This document shows, one piece after another, positions 19,653 to 28,403 of a stretch of 64,000 nucleotides of DNA. Source of the stretch: a virus; IMG/VR virus record IMGVR_UViG_3300032116_000057, positions 1-64,000 of that record. One strand, written 5' to 3'. Every line of letters begins with the position of its first letter. Positions within the stretch are counted from its first letter, which is position 1. Below the pieces are notes generated by a model. The model had not been told where the DNA came from. It made no database searches and worked only from the letters and a program-made list of their open reading frames with translations. Position numbers and translations under genes: made by a program.

Positions 19653-22465
19653 CAGCTTCTCTTCTTGCCAGCATTTCTTTCGTTACGAACAGATTCTTTA
19701 GGCCCCTTAAGTCGTCGTACAGCGGTGTCTCCAGTTTTTTTATCACTACCTACAACTGCAATACCTTCTTGACCAGTTTCAACATCTCCACTACGAACCA
19801 GTCTTTCACCTTTATTAACCTGAGGTGCGGTACCAGAACTAGGTGGGGTTTGTTGAGTAGGACGATCTTTAATACCTCGTGGGTTCATACCACGAACGGT
19901 ATTCCAACCGCTCTGTTCAACAGAGGCTTCTGCATCTGTTAGAGGACGAATAGTTCCCCCAAGTAACTGACGACTAATCATAGCGCCAGGTTTTGCAGGA
20001 TCTTGGAAATTAAACATGTATTGTCCAGGAAGTGGAGCTCTTGACTCATCAGCTTTTGCTCTAGCTGCTTTGACAGCGGCGTCTGCCTCGTCTTCTCTTT
20101 GCTGTCTAGCAGTAATTTGCTTAAACTCTTTTTGACCGATAGCCCCAGTAGGAACTTTATTCTCTTCCTTTTCTCGCTCAGGTAATTCCGGCATGTAGGT
20201 TACTTTTCCATACGTTGGGTCTTGAACACTATTCCTAATAGTTGCACTCGTTGATTGTGGAATTGGTTCTGTAACCAATTCTTTTTTATCAGAATTTCCA
20301 ACATATTTTTCAAAATATCCGGTACCACCAGTAGCTGCCTGCTCCATATTGTATTGAACTCTACTAACAGGTCCCTCTACTATTTGTCTTACTATGTCTG
20401 GTGCGGTACGCTTTGATTCACCTAATGAAAGATTAGCAGTTCCAAAGTCAATAACCTCTTGTTTTGGTGGTGGACCCATAAACGCTCTTCCAGTAGGTGC
20501 TGGTGGTTGAACTAGTTGTCTAAACTGTTGACTTCTATTTCCCTTTAAAATTTCTTCAGCAACTTCATTTTGTCCAACAAGCACTTCTGCAGAAGATTCT
20601 GCAGCAGACCTCATAGAAGTTTGTAAACCTGTTTGTCTTACTAGCACAGCACGTCTTTGTGATCGCTTTCCAGTTTCTGGGTCAACGATTACGGTAGTGC
20701 CGCCACGACGTCCTGCACGAGGAGGTAGTGGTACTGGGTTATTGGCATCATCAAAGCCTGCAGGTATGCCTTCACCCTTTAGTCCAACAATTGCGCCTTT
20801 TTCTTTTTTCTTTCTAGGCTTCTTAAACTTTTCTTCTACGTATTCAGTTTCGTTAGTAAATCCTGGACCAGGCACGCTTGTAGAAGGAATATTAACCCCT
20901 TGAGCCTGCCCTCTTTTAGCAACACCTTCAGCATCTACTCTAAAACCTTCTGGAGAGGTATAGAACATGCCACCTACTGGACCTTCTTTAGGGGCTCCTC
21001 GTGTTACTGATCGGAATAAACGACGTTTTCTGCTGCGATCGCCTTCAGTTTCAATTTCATCATCGTTTTCTTTACTAATAGTTAATTCGCCACTAGACCT
21101 CTTTGGTTTTTCGGCAGTACCTAAATCAACAGAGCCTTTATATCCTTGACGAACTCGTTCTACAAGATTTATAACGTTTGGGGTAATGCCACTTCCAAGC
21201 ATTGTAATGTGATCAGATTTAATACCTTCAATAGAAGAATCTTCTCCCCAACCCGGAGGTGGAGCTTGGAATCTCCAAGTTTCTGCATTTCTTGGGCCTG
21301 ACTTAACGTGACCAAAACGGTTAATTACTGGAGAAGCAGTTCCAGAAGCAGCGGATCCGGTTACACCTTCAAAGTCTGCATTTCCACTGTGTCCGCCCCA
21401 TCCGGATGGATGCGTTAATTCTTTTACCATGTCCGGGTGCATGTCAGAAACTCGATAGGTTTTTTTGACATCTAATCCGTTTACTTTTACGGTTTCAGTT
21501 GGATGTTGCCAATATTGATTGTCTGCATCTGGAGTAGCTGTGAAAGAGCCATCATTGTTGCGTACAAGTCCCATCTCACGTGTTACGTCATGTTTTTGAC
21601 GAGAACGGTGGAACTGCATAACAGTTTCGTGAAGGGTACCCAAACGGGTTCTTCCTTCGCGTTCATTTTTACCCATGTAATTAAGAATGTCATCGTGAGA
21701 AAGACCTGTGTAAGCCATAACTCTTGCTTTTTGTTCGTGCGAGGTGTTGTTAACTAACTCTGAAGTAACATTCTCATCTGTAGGCTCAACACCGTTATCA
21801 ATTAGTGATCCTTTTGCAAGACGACGTGCAGTAGAGTTAATTACGTTAGTTTGACCTTCTCCTTGACTTACAGCTAGGGGAGGGTTTTGTAGATTAGCTC
21901 CGCGCCCTGCACGTGCAGTAAATTTTCCAATTAAACCAGGAGTTGCTGGCTTTTGTTCTGGTGGGGTTGCAGGTAAAAACCTGTAATCAATATTGCCTGT
22001 GCCCGTATTTCCACCACGTTGGCTTTCTTGAATGCGTTCTTGACCTGGGGTAGGTTCTGGAAAATCTCCTCGATTAGCTTGTGCTTCAACTCCAGCAACA
22101 GCTTCTTCAAGAGGAACTACTCTAGAGCTTTCAGCAGCTTTTTGTTGTCTACGTCGTCCCTGTACAAGTGCAGTAAGGGTTGGGTTTACTGTAGGTGGTT
22201 CTGCTTCAAGTTTTTTAACGGTTGCAACATCTGCAGCATCGGCGGCTACATCTCTAGGATCTAAACCGGTTTCTCCACGTTCAGTTTGTGGAACTAAAGT
22301 ATTCCCGTAACCTAAAGGTCTAGGATCGTTAAGTTTAGCTTCAAGACCAGTGTTGTCTCTTACTACTTCTGGTTTCTCAACTTTTGGTTTATTACTAAGA
22401 CTCTTTGCAACTCTTTTTTGTGCAGTAGCTGCAGCCTTCTTAGTTATTCTTTTCTTTTTTGCCAC
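19652..22465 (-). CDS. Large, largely disordered hypothetical protein (possible internal virion protein)
   Basis: 937 aa, P/G/R/E-rich, no Cys, basic termini. Confidence 0.6.
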   Translation of the reverse strand: MAKKKRITKKAAATAQKRVAKSLSNKPKVEKPEVVRDNTGLEAKLNDPRPLGYGNTLVPQTERGETGLDPRDVAADAADVATVKKLEAEPPTVNPTLTALVQGRRRQQKAAESSRVVPLEEAVAGVEAQANRGDFPEPTPGQERIQESQRGGNTGTGNIDYRFLPATPPEQKPATPGLIGKFTARAGRGANLQNPPLAVSQGEGQTNVINSTARRLAKGSLIDNGVEPTDENVTSELVNNTSHEQKARVMAYTGLSHDDILNYMGKNEREGRTRLGTLHETVMQFHRSRQKHDVTREMGLVRNNDGSFTATPDADNQYWQHPTETVKVNGLDVKKTYRVSDMHPDMVKELTHPSGWGGHSGNADFEGVTGSAASGTASPVINRFGHVKSGPRNAETWRFQAPPPGWGEDSSIEGIKSDHITMLGSGITPNVINLVERVRQGYKGSVDLGTAEKPKRSSGELTISKENDDEIETEGDRSRKRRLFRSVTRGAPKEGPVGGMFYTSPEGFRVDAEGVAKRGQAQGVNIPSTSVPGPGFTNETEYVEEKFKKPRKKKEKGAIVGLKGEGIPAGFDDANNPVPLPPRAGRRGGTTVIVDPETGKRSQRRAVLVRQTGLQTSMRSAAESSAEVLVGQNEVAEEILKGNRSQQFRQLVQPPAPTGRAFMGPPPKQEVIDFGTANLSLGESKRTAPDIVRQIVEGPVSRVQYNMEQAATGGTGYFEKYVGNSDKKELVTEPIPQSTSATIRNSVQDPTYGKVTYMPELPEREKEENKVPTGAIGQKEFKQITARQQREDEADAAVKAARAKADESRAPLPGQYMFNFQDPAKPGAMISRQLLGGTIRPLTDAEASVEQSGWNTVRGMNPRGIKDRPTQQTPPSSGTAPQVNKGERLVRSGDVETGQEGIAVVGSDKKTGDTAVRRLKGPKESVRNERNAGKKRS

Positions 22466-23091
22466 TATGCGCCCGCCTTAGGTGCTTTTGGTTTTTTAGC
22501 TTTTGGTGTTTTAGCTACAGGGTTTTGAAGATTAGGTTGATCTGCTTTTGCTGGATCATTAAAAGATGGGCCATCATTAAATGGGTCTAGTCCTGCATTG
22601 CGATTAGGTGGGGTTGTTGGAGTATTGTTAACTGTAGGTGGGGTAACACCAGTTGGAGGGTTTGTTGCTGCACCTCCGGCTCCACCAGCAGCACGGGCCA
22701 ATGCAGCTCGCTCACCTGCACGAGATCCCCAACGAGCGTTTAATGGATCTTCAGCAGGACCAAAATCAACAAGATCTGGATAGTTAAACTCACCTGTTTT
22801 TTTATTTTTAGATGTGCGCTTTCTTTCAAACGCAAACGCAGCATTTCTTTTATTTGCTAGCGACATTTTTTCACCAACGACTTTACCTGCGGCTTGAGCT
22901 GCAGCTCTATTGGTATCTCGTTTACCCATCTCTTCGGTAATAAGACCTTGCTGCCAAGCAAATCTATCTCGTGCTAACATTTCATAACTGCGGGCGTTGA
23001 CCATTCCAAATAGTTTACCAAGCCAACCGCCTCGACTACCACCACCCCCGGAGTTTGGGGTTACTGGCATATTGTTAACCGTGTTCTTCAT
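22465..23091 (-). CDS. Hypothetical low-complexity protein
   Basis: G/P/A-rich with KAPK tail. Confidence 0.55.
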   Translation of the reverse strand: MKNTVNNMPVTPNSGGGGSRGGWLGKLFGMVNARSYEMLARDRFAWQQGLITEEMGKRDTNRAAAQAAGKVVGEKMSLANKRNAAFAFERKRTSKNKKTGEFNYPDLVDFGPAEDPLNARWGSRAGERAALARAAGGAGGAATNPPTGVTPPTVNNTPTTPPNRNAGLDPFNDGPSFNDPAKADQPNLQNPVAKTPKAKKPKAPKAGA

Positions 23092-23107
23092 AGTAAAAAC
23101 TCCGCTC

Positions 23108-23305
23108 TTAAAATGTACTCAGAAGTTTAGCAATACCGCCGCGATCTGTAAGCGCTTTAGAGTTCTTATTGTAATGGTGTAGGCAAAACCATAGGGTTCC
23201 AAAGGGTAAATCAACCCTAACCCCAGCCCTAGCGGAACATCCATCGCAAAGCTCTACCGCAGCAACCTCTACCAAAACCCCAGAAGTTTCTTCAATCGTT
23301 GTCAT
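23108..23305 (-). CDS. Actinobacterial-type small CxxC..FCxHH protein
   Basis: CDGCSARA.VRV..G.LWFCLHH; GGAGG SD before MTTIEE. Confidence 0.65.
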   Translation of the reverse strand: MTTIEETSGVLVEVAAVELCDGCSARAGVRVDLPFGTLWFCLHHYNKNSKALTDRGGIAKLLSTF

Positions 23306-23378
23306 AGGGATATCCTCCCACAAATGCCAAAGGCCGGGGAGATAAACTCCGCCGGCCTCTGCGCTATTAAGTTGTGGC

Positions 23379-23900
23379 TTACGGTGCGACGTAAGCGTAT
23401 TTGACAAGAGCAACAGACGCACCAAGGTTTGCAACTGTCGCAGCTGCTGGTGTCTGGGTCTTGACAAGTCCATCGTTTTCTGCAGTTGCTCCAGATGCAG
23501 TTGTAGTAACTGCGCCTTTAACAAAGCCAGCTGCAACAAGTGCAGAGTTAGCTGCGGATTCAGAAAGACCAACAACGTTTGGAAGCGCTGCCTGATCTGT
23601 AGTATCCAAGTATGGGGCTTCTGGAGTGTAATCTGGATAACCGTTCCAGTTGTTTAGAGCAACGCTGTGGTTGTTCCCAACTGAAGATGTTAATCCACCG
23701 CTAAGTGTTACATCGATAGCGGTCTTTGTAAGAGCAGGGCTTGCCTTCTTTGAGTAGCCGCTCCATTGCTTATTCTGCGTTGCATTGTTTGCAACGATTA
23801 CTGTTGCGTTTCCGTCTCCGGTACGCTCAGTATCAGGTTGCATCGGTAGGTTACCCCACACGAAGTCAACCTTGATGTTGCCTGATGTGTCTAGTGCCAT
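23379..23900 (-). CDS. PASTA-domain protein
   Basis: LPNVVGLSESAANSALVAAGF..G.V..QTPAA..G.SV.L. Confidence 0.8.
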   Translation of the reverse strand: MALDTSGNIKVDFVWGNLPMQPDTERTGDGNATVIVANNATQNKQWSGYSKKASPALTKTAIDVTLSGGLTSSVGNNHSVALNNWNGYPDYTPEAPYLDTTDQAALPNVVGLSESAANSALVAAGFVKGAVTTTASGATAENDGLVKTQTPAAATVANLGASVALVKYAYVAP

Positions 23901-23962
23901 TAAAGTTCCTTCACTTGATCAAGGTGATTGTTCGGGTTTGAACCCACATATGGTGACATATA

Positions 23963-24529
23963 TCAGGCCATCTGTATGTATGTATATATTTTTCCACCAG
24001 AATAGATATCGTGTTTGCAGGCAATCTCAATAGATTTCTTTAAAATCTTCTCAGCAGCCTCAGGAGTTTTCACAGTTGAGTAGTTTAGTGCCTCCATAGC
24101 CCCAAGAGCTACATCCCCACCACTGCCAGCATAGTAAACGCGGCGGGCCTCTCGATCCCAAGAGTAATCGTTAAATATCGGATATATCACTCCACGAACA
24201 ACAATAAGCAAGTTAGAGTCTTGCCAAGCAGAGTCGCCATCTTCTTTACCATCATAGCCAGCCTCAATAAAAGCTTTACGCATTGAAGGAATAAAACGGC
24301 GGGTGATGAAGTGATCTAAATTATCACTAGATCGGGGTTTGGGAGCTTTCCAACCAAGTTGCGCAATGTTGCCACCTCGGGATGCACCAGATACTGCAAT
24401 TAAAGTTCCATTGTTCTCTATGATCTTAGAGTTTGCTAATTCCATATAACGACCACCTTCATCAGATGCTCGTGAATCGCAACCTATTACGGCCCAACCG
24501 TCACCTTGTATTGCAGCAAGTGTTGTCAT
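23963..24529 (-). CDS. Proteasome beta/HslV-like Ntn-hydrolase
   Basis: N-terminal MTT, DSRAS, KI, AGSGG..ALGA, DIYSGG. Confidence 0.85.
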   Translation of the reverse strand: MTTLAAIQGDGWAVIGCDSRASDEGGRYMELANSKIIENNGTLIAVSGASRGGNIAQLGWKAPKPRSSDNLDHFITRRFIPSMRKAFIEAGYDGKEDGDSAWQDSNLLIVVRGVIYPIFNDYSWDREARRVYYAGSGGDVALGAMEALNYSTVKTPEAAEKILKKSIEIACKHDIYSGGKIYTYIQMA

Positions 24530-24603
24530 TTAAGCCCTTCAGACTTTCGCGGGGGCCCGGGGTGGTGTAATACACCCTACAGGCTACGACAATCCTACCA
24601 GAG

Positions 24604-25074
24604 CTAGCGACCTTCTTCGCTACCGTACTGCATATTCTCAGCTGGCTTGCGGGGGAGCATGCCAGGTTGGTTAGTTACATCTTCCCAGGGGATATCATCA
24701 ATGCCGGAATACTTCAAGTATTTGCCTGTGGAGTCAGATACTCGTAGATCTTCCCACATATCGACTGGGATGGGCTCTGAGTACATGATCCACTTACCAT
24801 CCCTAAAGATGATTACTAAGGTCTCTGTGCTCCTGTTATAGCCCATTACACGGGCTCTAGGAAAGCTCATATTAGTCGTAGGAGCAACAACTACCTCATA
24901 CCCTGGTCCAAATGGGTTATAGCCTGCATTTCCCTGATCAAGCAGGTTTGTAGGGGCGCCCATGCGATCCGCGATAGCTTGTTGTATATTAAAAGTTCTC
25001 TGGCCTTGTTGCTCTTCCGCCTCTTGCCTACGACGAAAATAGCTTGAATCTGTATTCATATTACGTCTGGCCAT
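24604..25074 (-). CDS. KTSC-domain protein
   Basis: MGYN...ETLVIIFRDG...Y...P...WEDL..SDSTGKY. Confidence 0.7.
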   Translation of the reverse strand: MARRNMNTDSSYFRRRQEAEEQQGQRTFNIQQAIADRMGAPTNLLDQGNAGYNPFGPGYEVVVAPTTNMSFPRARVMGYNRSTETLVIIFRDGKWIMYSEPIPVDMWEDLRVSDSTGKYLKYSGIDDIPWEDVTNQPGMLPRKPAENMQYGSEEGR

Positions 25075-25185
25075 GAAAAATATGATACTCCCCCGGCTAC
25101 TGCCTGAAATGCTAAGACCCTGGAGTTATCCGGCCACTGCCTTGTGTTTTAGGTCGTAGCAGTTTGTTTTACCTGCCCGAAAGGT

Positions 25186-25213
25186 GGGAAGTTGGGGCGC
25201 TAAGGGTGGGGGG
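25186..25213 (+). other. Canonical G-quadruplex-forming motif at divergence point
   Basis: GGG-aagtt-GGGG-cgctaa-GGG-t-GGGGGG. Confidence 0.45.
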
Positions 25214-25265
25214 TGGCAAATCGATTTCTAAGGGGGTCGGTTCAGCAAACGCCAAAAGTTCAGGT

Positions 25266-25348
25266 TAGGTAGCCCTACTGCGTGGAGCACCTCGACAGCA
25301 TTTGTAGCATTGGTCGGGGTGCTCACTAGCCTATACACCTCGTATAGG
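25266..25348 (+). ncRNA. Structured leader of first early gene
   Basis: gagcacctcgac/gtcggggtgctc (G-U) and cctatac/gtatagg hairpins. Confidence 0.45.
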
Positions 25349-25369
25349 TGAAGACAGAAAGGATTTGAG

Positions 25370-25876
25370 ATGAAATCTCAAATAGAACTACTTCGCGACA
25401 TGGTTGCTGGCTCTACTACTCTCGTTATTGAGAATGTAGCCTCCGCCTTTACAAGCGAACTCGTTACCCACCCCAACTACCTTCTCCCTGAGAAGCCAAA
25501 CGCTTCCCAGCGTGGTCGTGCGTGGGCGGGTTATTACAACTCATTAGGCGTTAGTGCTGAGTTCCTAAAGACCAACATTACGCTTATCGGTCGTTATTTC
25601 GAGCGCATTGATGTTAGTGACCCAACTACTATCCTTGCTCAACTCGACGCTTTCCGTAAGGAAGACCTCGCTTCTAAGTTATTGAAGCAGAAGCAAAAGG
25701 AAGCCGACGGGTCAGCACTTACCTCCCGTTTGGAGAACTTGTCCGAAGTAATCAAAGAAATCGAGGAAAACCTCATTTCGCCAACTACCACGCAAAAGCA
25801 AGCGTATGCCGAAGCGTTGGATAGATTGACGGCACTACAAGAGTCATTCATGGCGAAAGAGTTAGCAGTAGCGTAA
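25370..25876 (+). CDS. First early gene, hypothetical helical protein
   Basis: AGAAAGGA SD; 168 aa. Confidence 0.75.
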   Translation: MKSQIELLRDMVAGSTTLVIENVASAFTSELVTHPNYLLPEKPNASQRGRAWAGYYNSLGVSAEFLKTNITLIGRYFERIDVSDPTTILAQLDAFRKEDLASKLLKQKQKEADGSALTSRLENLSEVIKEIEENLISPTTTQKQAYAEALDRLTALQESFMAKELAVA

Positions 25877-25880
25877 TAAT

Positions 25881-25896
25881 CGTGATGTAAATCACA
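25881..25896. promoter_or_regulatory. CRP/GlxR-like binding site
   Basis: CGTGA-tgtaaa-TCACA matches (T/C)GTGA-N6-TCACA. Confidence 0.45.
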
Positions 25897-25924
25897 TGGC
25901 AGGGGGAGTCTAGGCTCTCCCTGC

Positions 25925-26076
25925 CCCTATCTATGCTCATAGTTAGCATTTGGCTACTGCTTCTAGCGAACTCTCATCATTGAGAGTAAGAGCAGGTCTA
26001 GAGATTACCGCTTTCGCTATTAGCAGATAGTTCGCCTACTCCGATAGTCGGCGGATAACTATGGGTATAGATAGGG
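25925..26076 (+). ncRNA. Candidate structured ncRNA A (152 nt)
   Basis: 21-bp closing stem 25925-45/26056-76 with two G-U; inner ggcta-ctgct-tagcgaa/ttcgcta-agcag-tagtt and ctctca/tgagag. Confidence 0.7.
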
Positions 26077-26194
26077 AGTGACCTAAACAATGCGAATTGC
26101 CTTTATTGGTAAGAGTAGCCTTGTCGGTCTGCTTTTCTCCCTTCGTATGTAGGCTACCTAAACCTTATCTTGTGTCTTCTGTCTAAGTAGAGAG

Positions 26195-26235
26195 CACGCC
26201 CCCGCCGACCCCTTTCATTTGTCGGTTGGGGCGTG
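26195..26235 (+). ncRNA. GC-rich hairpin with C/U-rich loop
   Basis: cacgcccc-c-gccgac / gtcggt-t-ggggcgtg, loop ccctttcattt. Confidence 0.5.
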
Positions 26236-26246
26236 TATCTCTATAC

Positions 26247-26366
26247 CTTATGGCTTAGAGCATACATAGGAAGAACCCCCTTTCCTGTCGGCTATAACAC
26301 TTGGGTTTACACCTTTCTACCCTTGTTGGAACAACGCCTATTCCTGTGTATGCTCTTGGCTATAAG
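26247..26366 (+). ncRNA. Candidate structured ncRNA B (120 nt)
   Basis: 26-position closing stem (one U-U, three G-U) cttatggct-t-agagcatacataggaa / ttcctgtgtatgctct-t-ggctataag, ending in the next SD. Confidence 0.65.
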
Positions 26367-26379
26367 AAAGGAGGTCGTT

Positions 26380-26589
26380 ATGCCAAAAGGCACGACTAAT
26401 AGCCAACGCAAGAATGGTAAAGCGTTCAAGAAGAACCCTGGACCAGCCCAACCCCCAAAGACTAACTTCACCCATGTAAATGGGCGTAGCCCTGAGGCTC
26501 ATGCTAAGCGTGAGGCTTGGAAAGCCATTGGCGGTAGAGCAGATAGTAATCACATTCCCCATTGGAAGACAGGAGTAGTCAATGCTTGA
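26380..26589 (+). CDS. Small basic early protein
   Basis: AGAAAGGAGG SD then MPKGTTNSQRK.. Confidence 0.75.
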   Translation: MPKGTTNSQRKNGKAFKKNPGPAQPPKTNFTHVNGRSPEAHAKREAWKAIGGRADSNHIPHWKTGVVNA

Positions 26590-26716
26590 GTTTGTTTTAT
26601 TTGGCGGTGCTGTATGTATCGCCTATCTTACAATCCTCAATCTTATTCGCCTTCGTCGGTATAACCGAGAGCGCATTGAGAGAGTTGAACCGGGTCTTTA
26701 TGACCTAACTGACTAA
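26582..26716 (+). CDS. Small single-pass membrane protein
   Basis: Manual ORF MLEFVLFGGAVCIAYLTILNLIRLRRYNR.., AGGAG SD. Confidence 0.65.
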   Translation: MLEFVLFGGAVCIAYLTILNLIRLRRYNRERIERVEPGLYDLTD

Positions 26717-26766
26717 TGTAATGACCAACAAGGTCCCCGCGAAGTTTTTGCTGCGCAATGGGGAAG

Positions 26767-26821
26767 AGCCCCTTCAATTTATAGTTGCTCGACTATAAGT
26801 TGAAGGGGCTTATTTTTTTTT
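26767..26821 (+). terminator. Strong intrinsic terminator ending first early unit
   Basis: 20-bp stem agccccttcaatttatagtt/gactataagttgaaggggct then T9. Confidence 0.85.
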
Positions 26822-26874
26822 GTTTTTCCCCGACTTTCCCCATAAGATGAAGAACTAACAGAAAGGAGAACACA

Positions 26875-27141
26875 ATGGAGGATTCAAATCCTGTCGTATC
26901 TGTTATTAGATGCGGAACCATTTTACAAGGTAAGGGTGTATCTGAAGGAGCGACAGTCTTGTTATTCAAGCCTGTTCAAAACGATCCAATGAACACAATT
27001 ATCTTGTGCCATGCACCTATGTCTACACATCACCCCTATGTTGTATGGACATACAACGAAATTACAGGCTCTTGTTCAACAGGAGATTATTTCGACAACC
27101 AAGTTGAAGCAGCAGAAAGATTTGCTGGGAGGACTTGGTAA
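26875..27141 (+). CDS. Hypothetical early protein
   Basis: AGAAAGGAG SD; PYVVW...GDYF....A...F motif. Confidence 0.7.
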   Translation: MEDSNPVVSVIRCGTILQGKGVSEGATVLLFKPVQNDPMNTIILCHAPMSTHHPYVVWTYNEITGSCSTGDYFDNQVEAAERFAGRTW

Positions 27142-27353
27142 TGAAAACACAACTAGAAATAAAAGCCTCTGTTGAAGGTGAGATTAGCCTTCAGCAGCTG
27201 GCTTTTATACATTCTAAGTTAGAAGCGGAGATACACCGCTTTCTTGTATCAATAATAACAAATAAGCAAATCAAGGGAGAACCATGCTCTGTGACTCATG
27301 TGGTGAGCCAGTTGCCCCAGAAAGATGGGACCTTGGCTACACCTATTGCATGA
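27141..27353 (+). CDS. Hypothetical early protein
   Basis: TAATG coupling, GGAGG SD. Confidence 0.5.
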   Translation: MKTQLEIKASVEGEISLQQLAFIHSKLEAEIHRFLVSIITNKQIKGEPCSVTHVVSQLPQKDGTLATPIA

Positions 27354-27490
27354 AGAAACAATGCTTCAATAATCGCCCATCAGAACTAACCGAACGCATG
27401 TGTTTGATACTAGTTCCTAAACAGGGCTACACAATAGTAAATAAAACAGACCCTTTTGTTTACACAGGGGGTAGGTCAAGTGGAAGATAG
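27284..27490 (+). CDS. DksA/TraR-like C4 zinc-finger protein
   Basis: CDSCGEPVAPERWDLGYTYC....C. Confidence 0.55.
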   Translation: MLCDSCGEPVAPERWDLGYTYCMKKQCFNNRPSELTERMCLILVPKQGYTIVNKTDPFVYTGGRSSGR

Positions 27491-27567
27491 TTGGACAGGG
27501 CATCACAGGCTTTCCTGTGTTGCTCTGTCTGTCTGTGTTTCATAACACAGGCAGAAGAAAGGCAAAC

Positions 27568-28314
27568 ATGGAAGTTGAAAATGAAAACAAACTTCCTACG
27601 TTAGCAGAGGTAGAACGTGAGTTCTTGAATGGTCGTTCGTATGGTTGGTCTCGTAGATCAATTAGTGAATACCATAAAGTTTCTGCAACAAGCGAATGGT
27701 ATAAATACCGAAACTATCTTCTAGAGTATCCCGGAACGTTGAAGGATGAAGATGTTAATTGGTGTATTAAAACTATTGGTTGCGGCAAACGTCATAGATC
27801 AGACACCTTGTTGCTTTATCGTATTGTTCCTTTAGATTACGTAAGAGAAAAGAGTTACAACTTTTCTTGGACTTCTCGTTTTGCGAGAGATGAAGAAAAC
27901 GATTGCTTCTACGAAATAAGTAGAATAGAAGCACGTTTTTTTATTGAAGAAGGAGCGTCTACGTATGACAAGCACTTTGCTGCGTGGCATAGAGACAGCA
28001 TGATGAAAGCCCATGGACTAGTAAAAGAAAGGAAGGTGACAGAAGAAATGTGTCCAAAAGGATGTCGCCCATCGTATTGCTATTGCAAACGTGAATGCGA
28101 CGATAAAAACCTCAAATATGAAATAAATGAGCATAGTATGGAAGTCGAAGTAACGGTCGGGTTCCGCACTATTTCATTGACTCTTGATGAGGCAGCAGAA
28201 TTAGCCTCATTCTTGGCAACAGCCAAAGAAGAAATCAAGAAGAAGAAAATTGCTGCGTTAGAGGCACAGCAAGACGAACTCAAGAAGCAACTTGAATCAG
28301 TAAAAGGTATGTAA
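27568..28314 (+). CDS. Hypothetical early protein
   Basis: AGAAAGG SD before MEVENENK; preceded by two hairpins 27493-27552. Confidence 0.7.
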   Translation: MEVENENKLPTLAEVEREFLNGRSYGWSRRSISEYHKVSATSEWYKYRNYLLEYPGTLKDEDVNWCIKTIGCGKRHRSDTLLLYRIVPLDYVREKSYNFSWTSRFARDEENDCFYEISRIEARFFIEEGASTYDKHFAAWHRDSMMKAHGLVKERKVTEEMCPKGCRPSYCYCKRECDDKNLKYEINEHSMEVEVTVGFRTISLTLDEAAELASFLATAKEEIKKKKIAALEAQQDELKKQLESVKGM

Positions 28315-28403
28315 ATCTTCCGCACACACGAATAGGCTATCCATGAGAGGTAGATGTGTGGTTGGTCTTTTTAGTCGGTTACCTGAGGTAATAACGCGAC
28401 TCG

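Noticed and set aside
26233-26379. N-terminal extension of ORF 26233-26589 (also 27517, 23575, 19307, 18666, 1425, 776 extensions)
   Set aside because: Strong SD sites or overlaps point to downstream starts; the extensions overlap RNA structure or neighbouring genes
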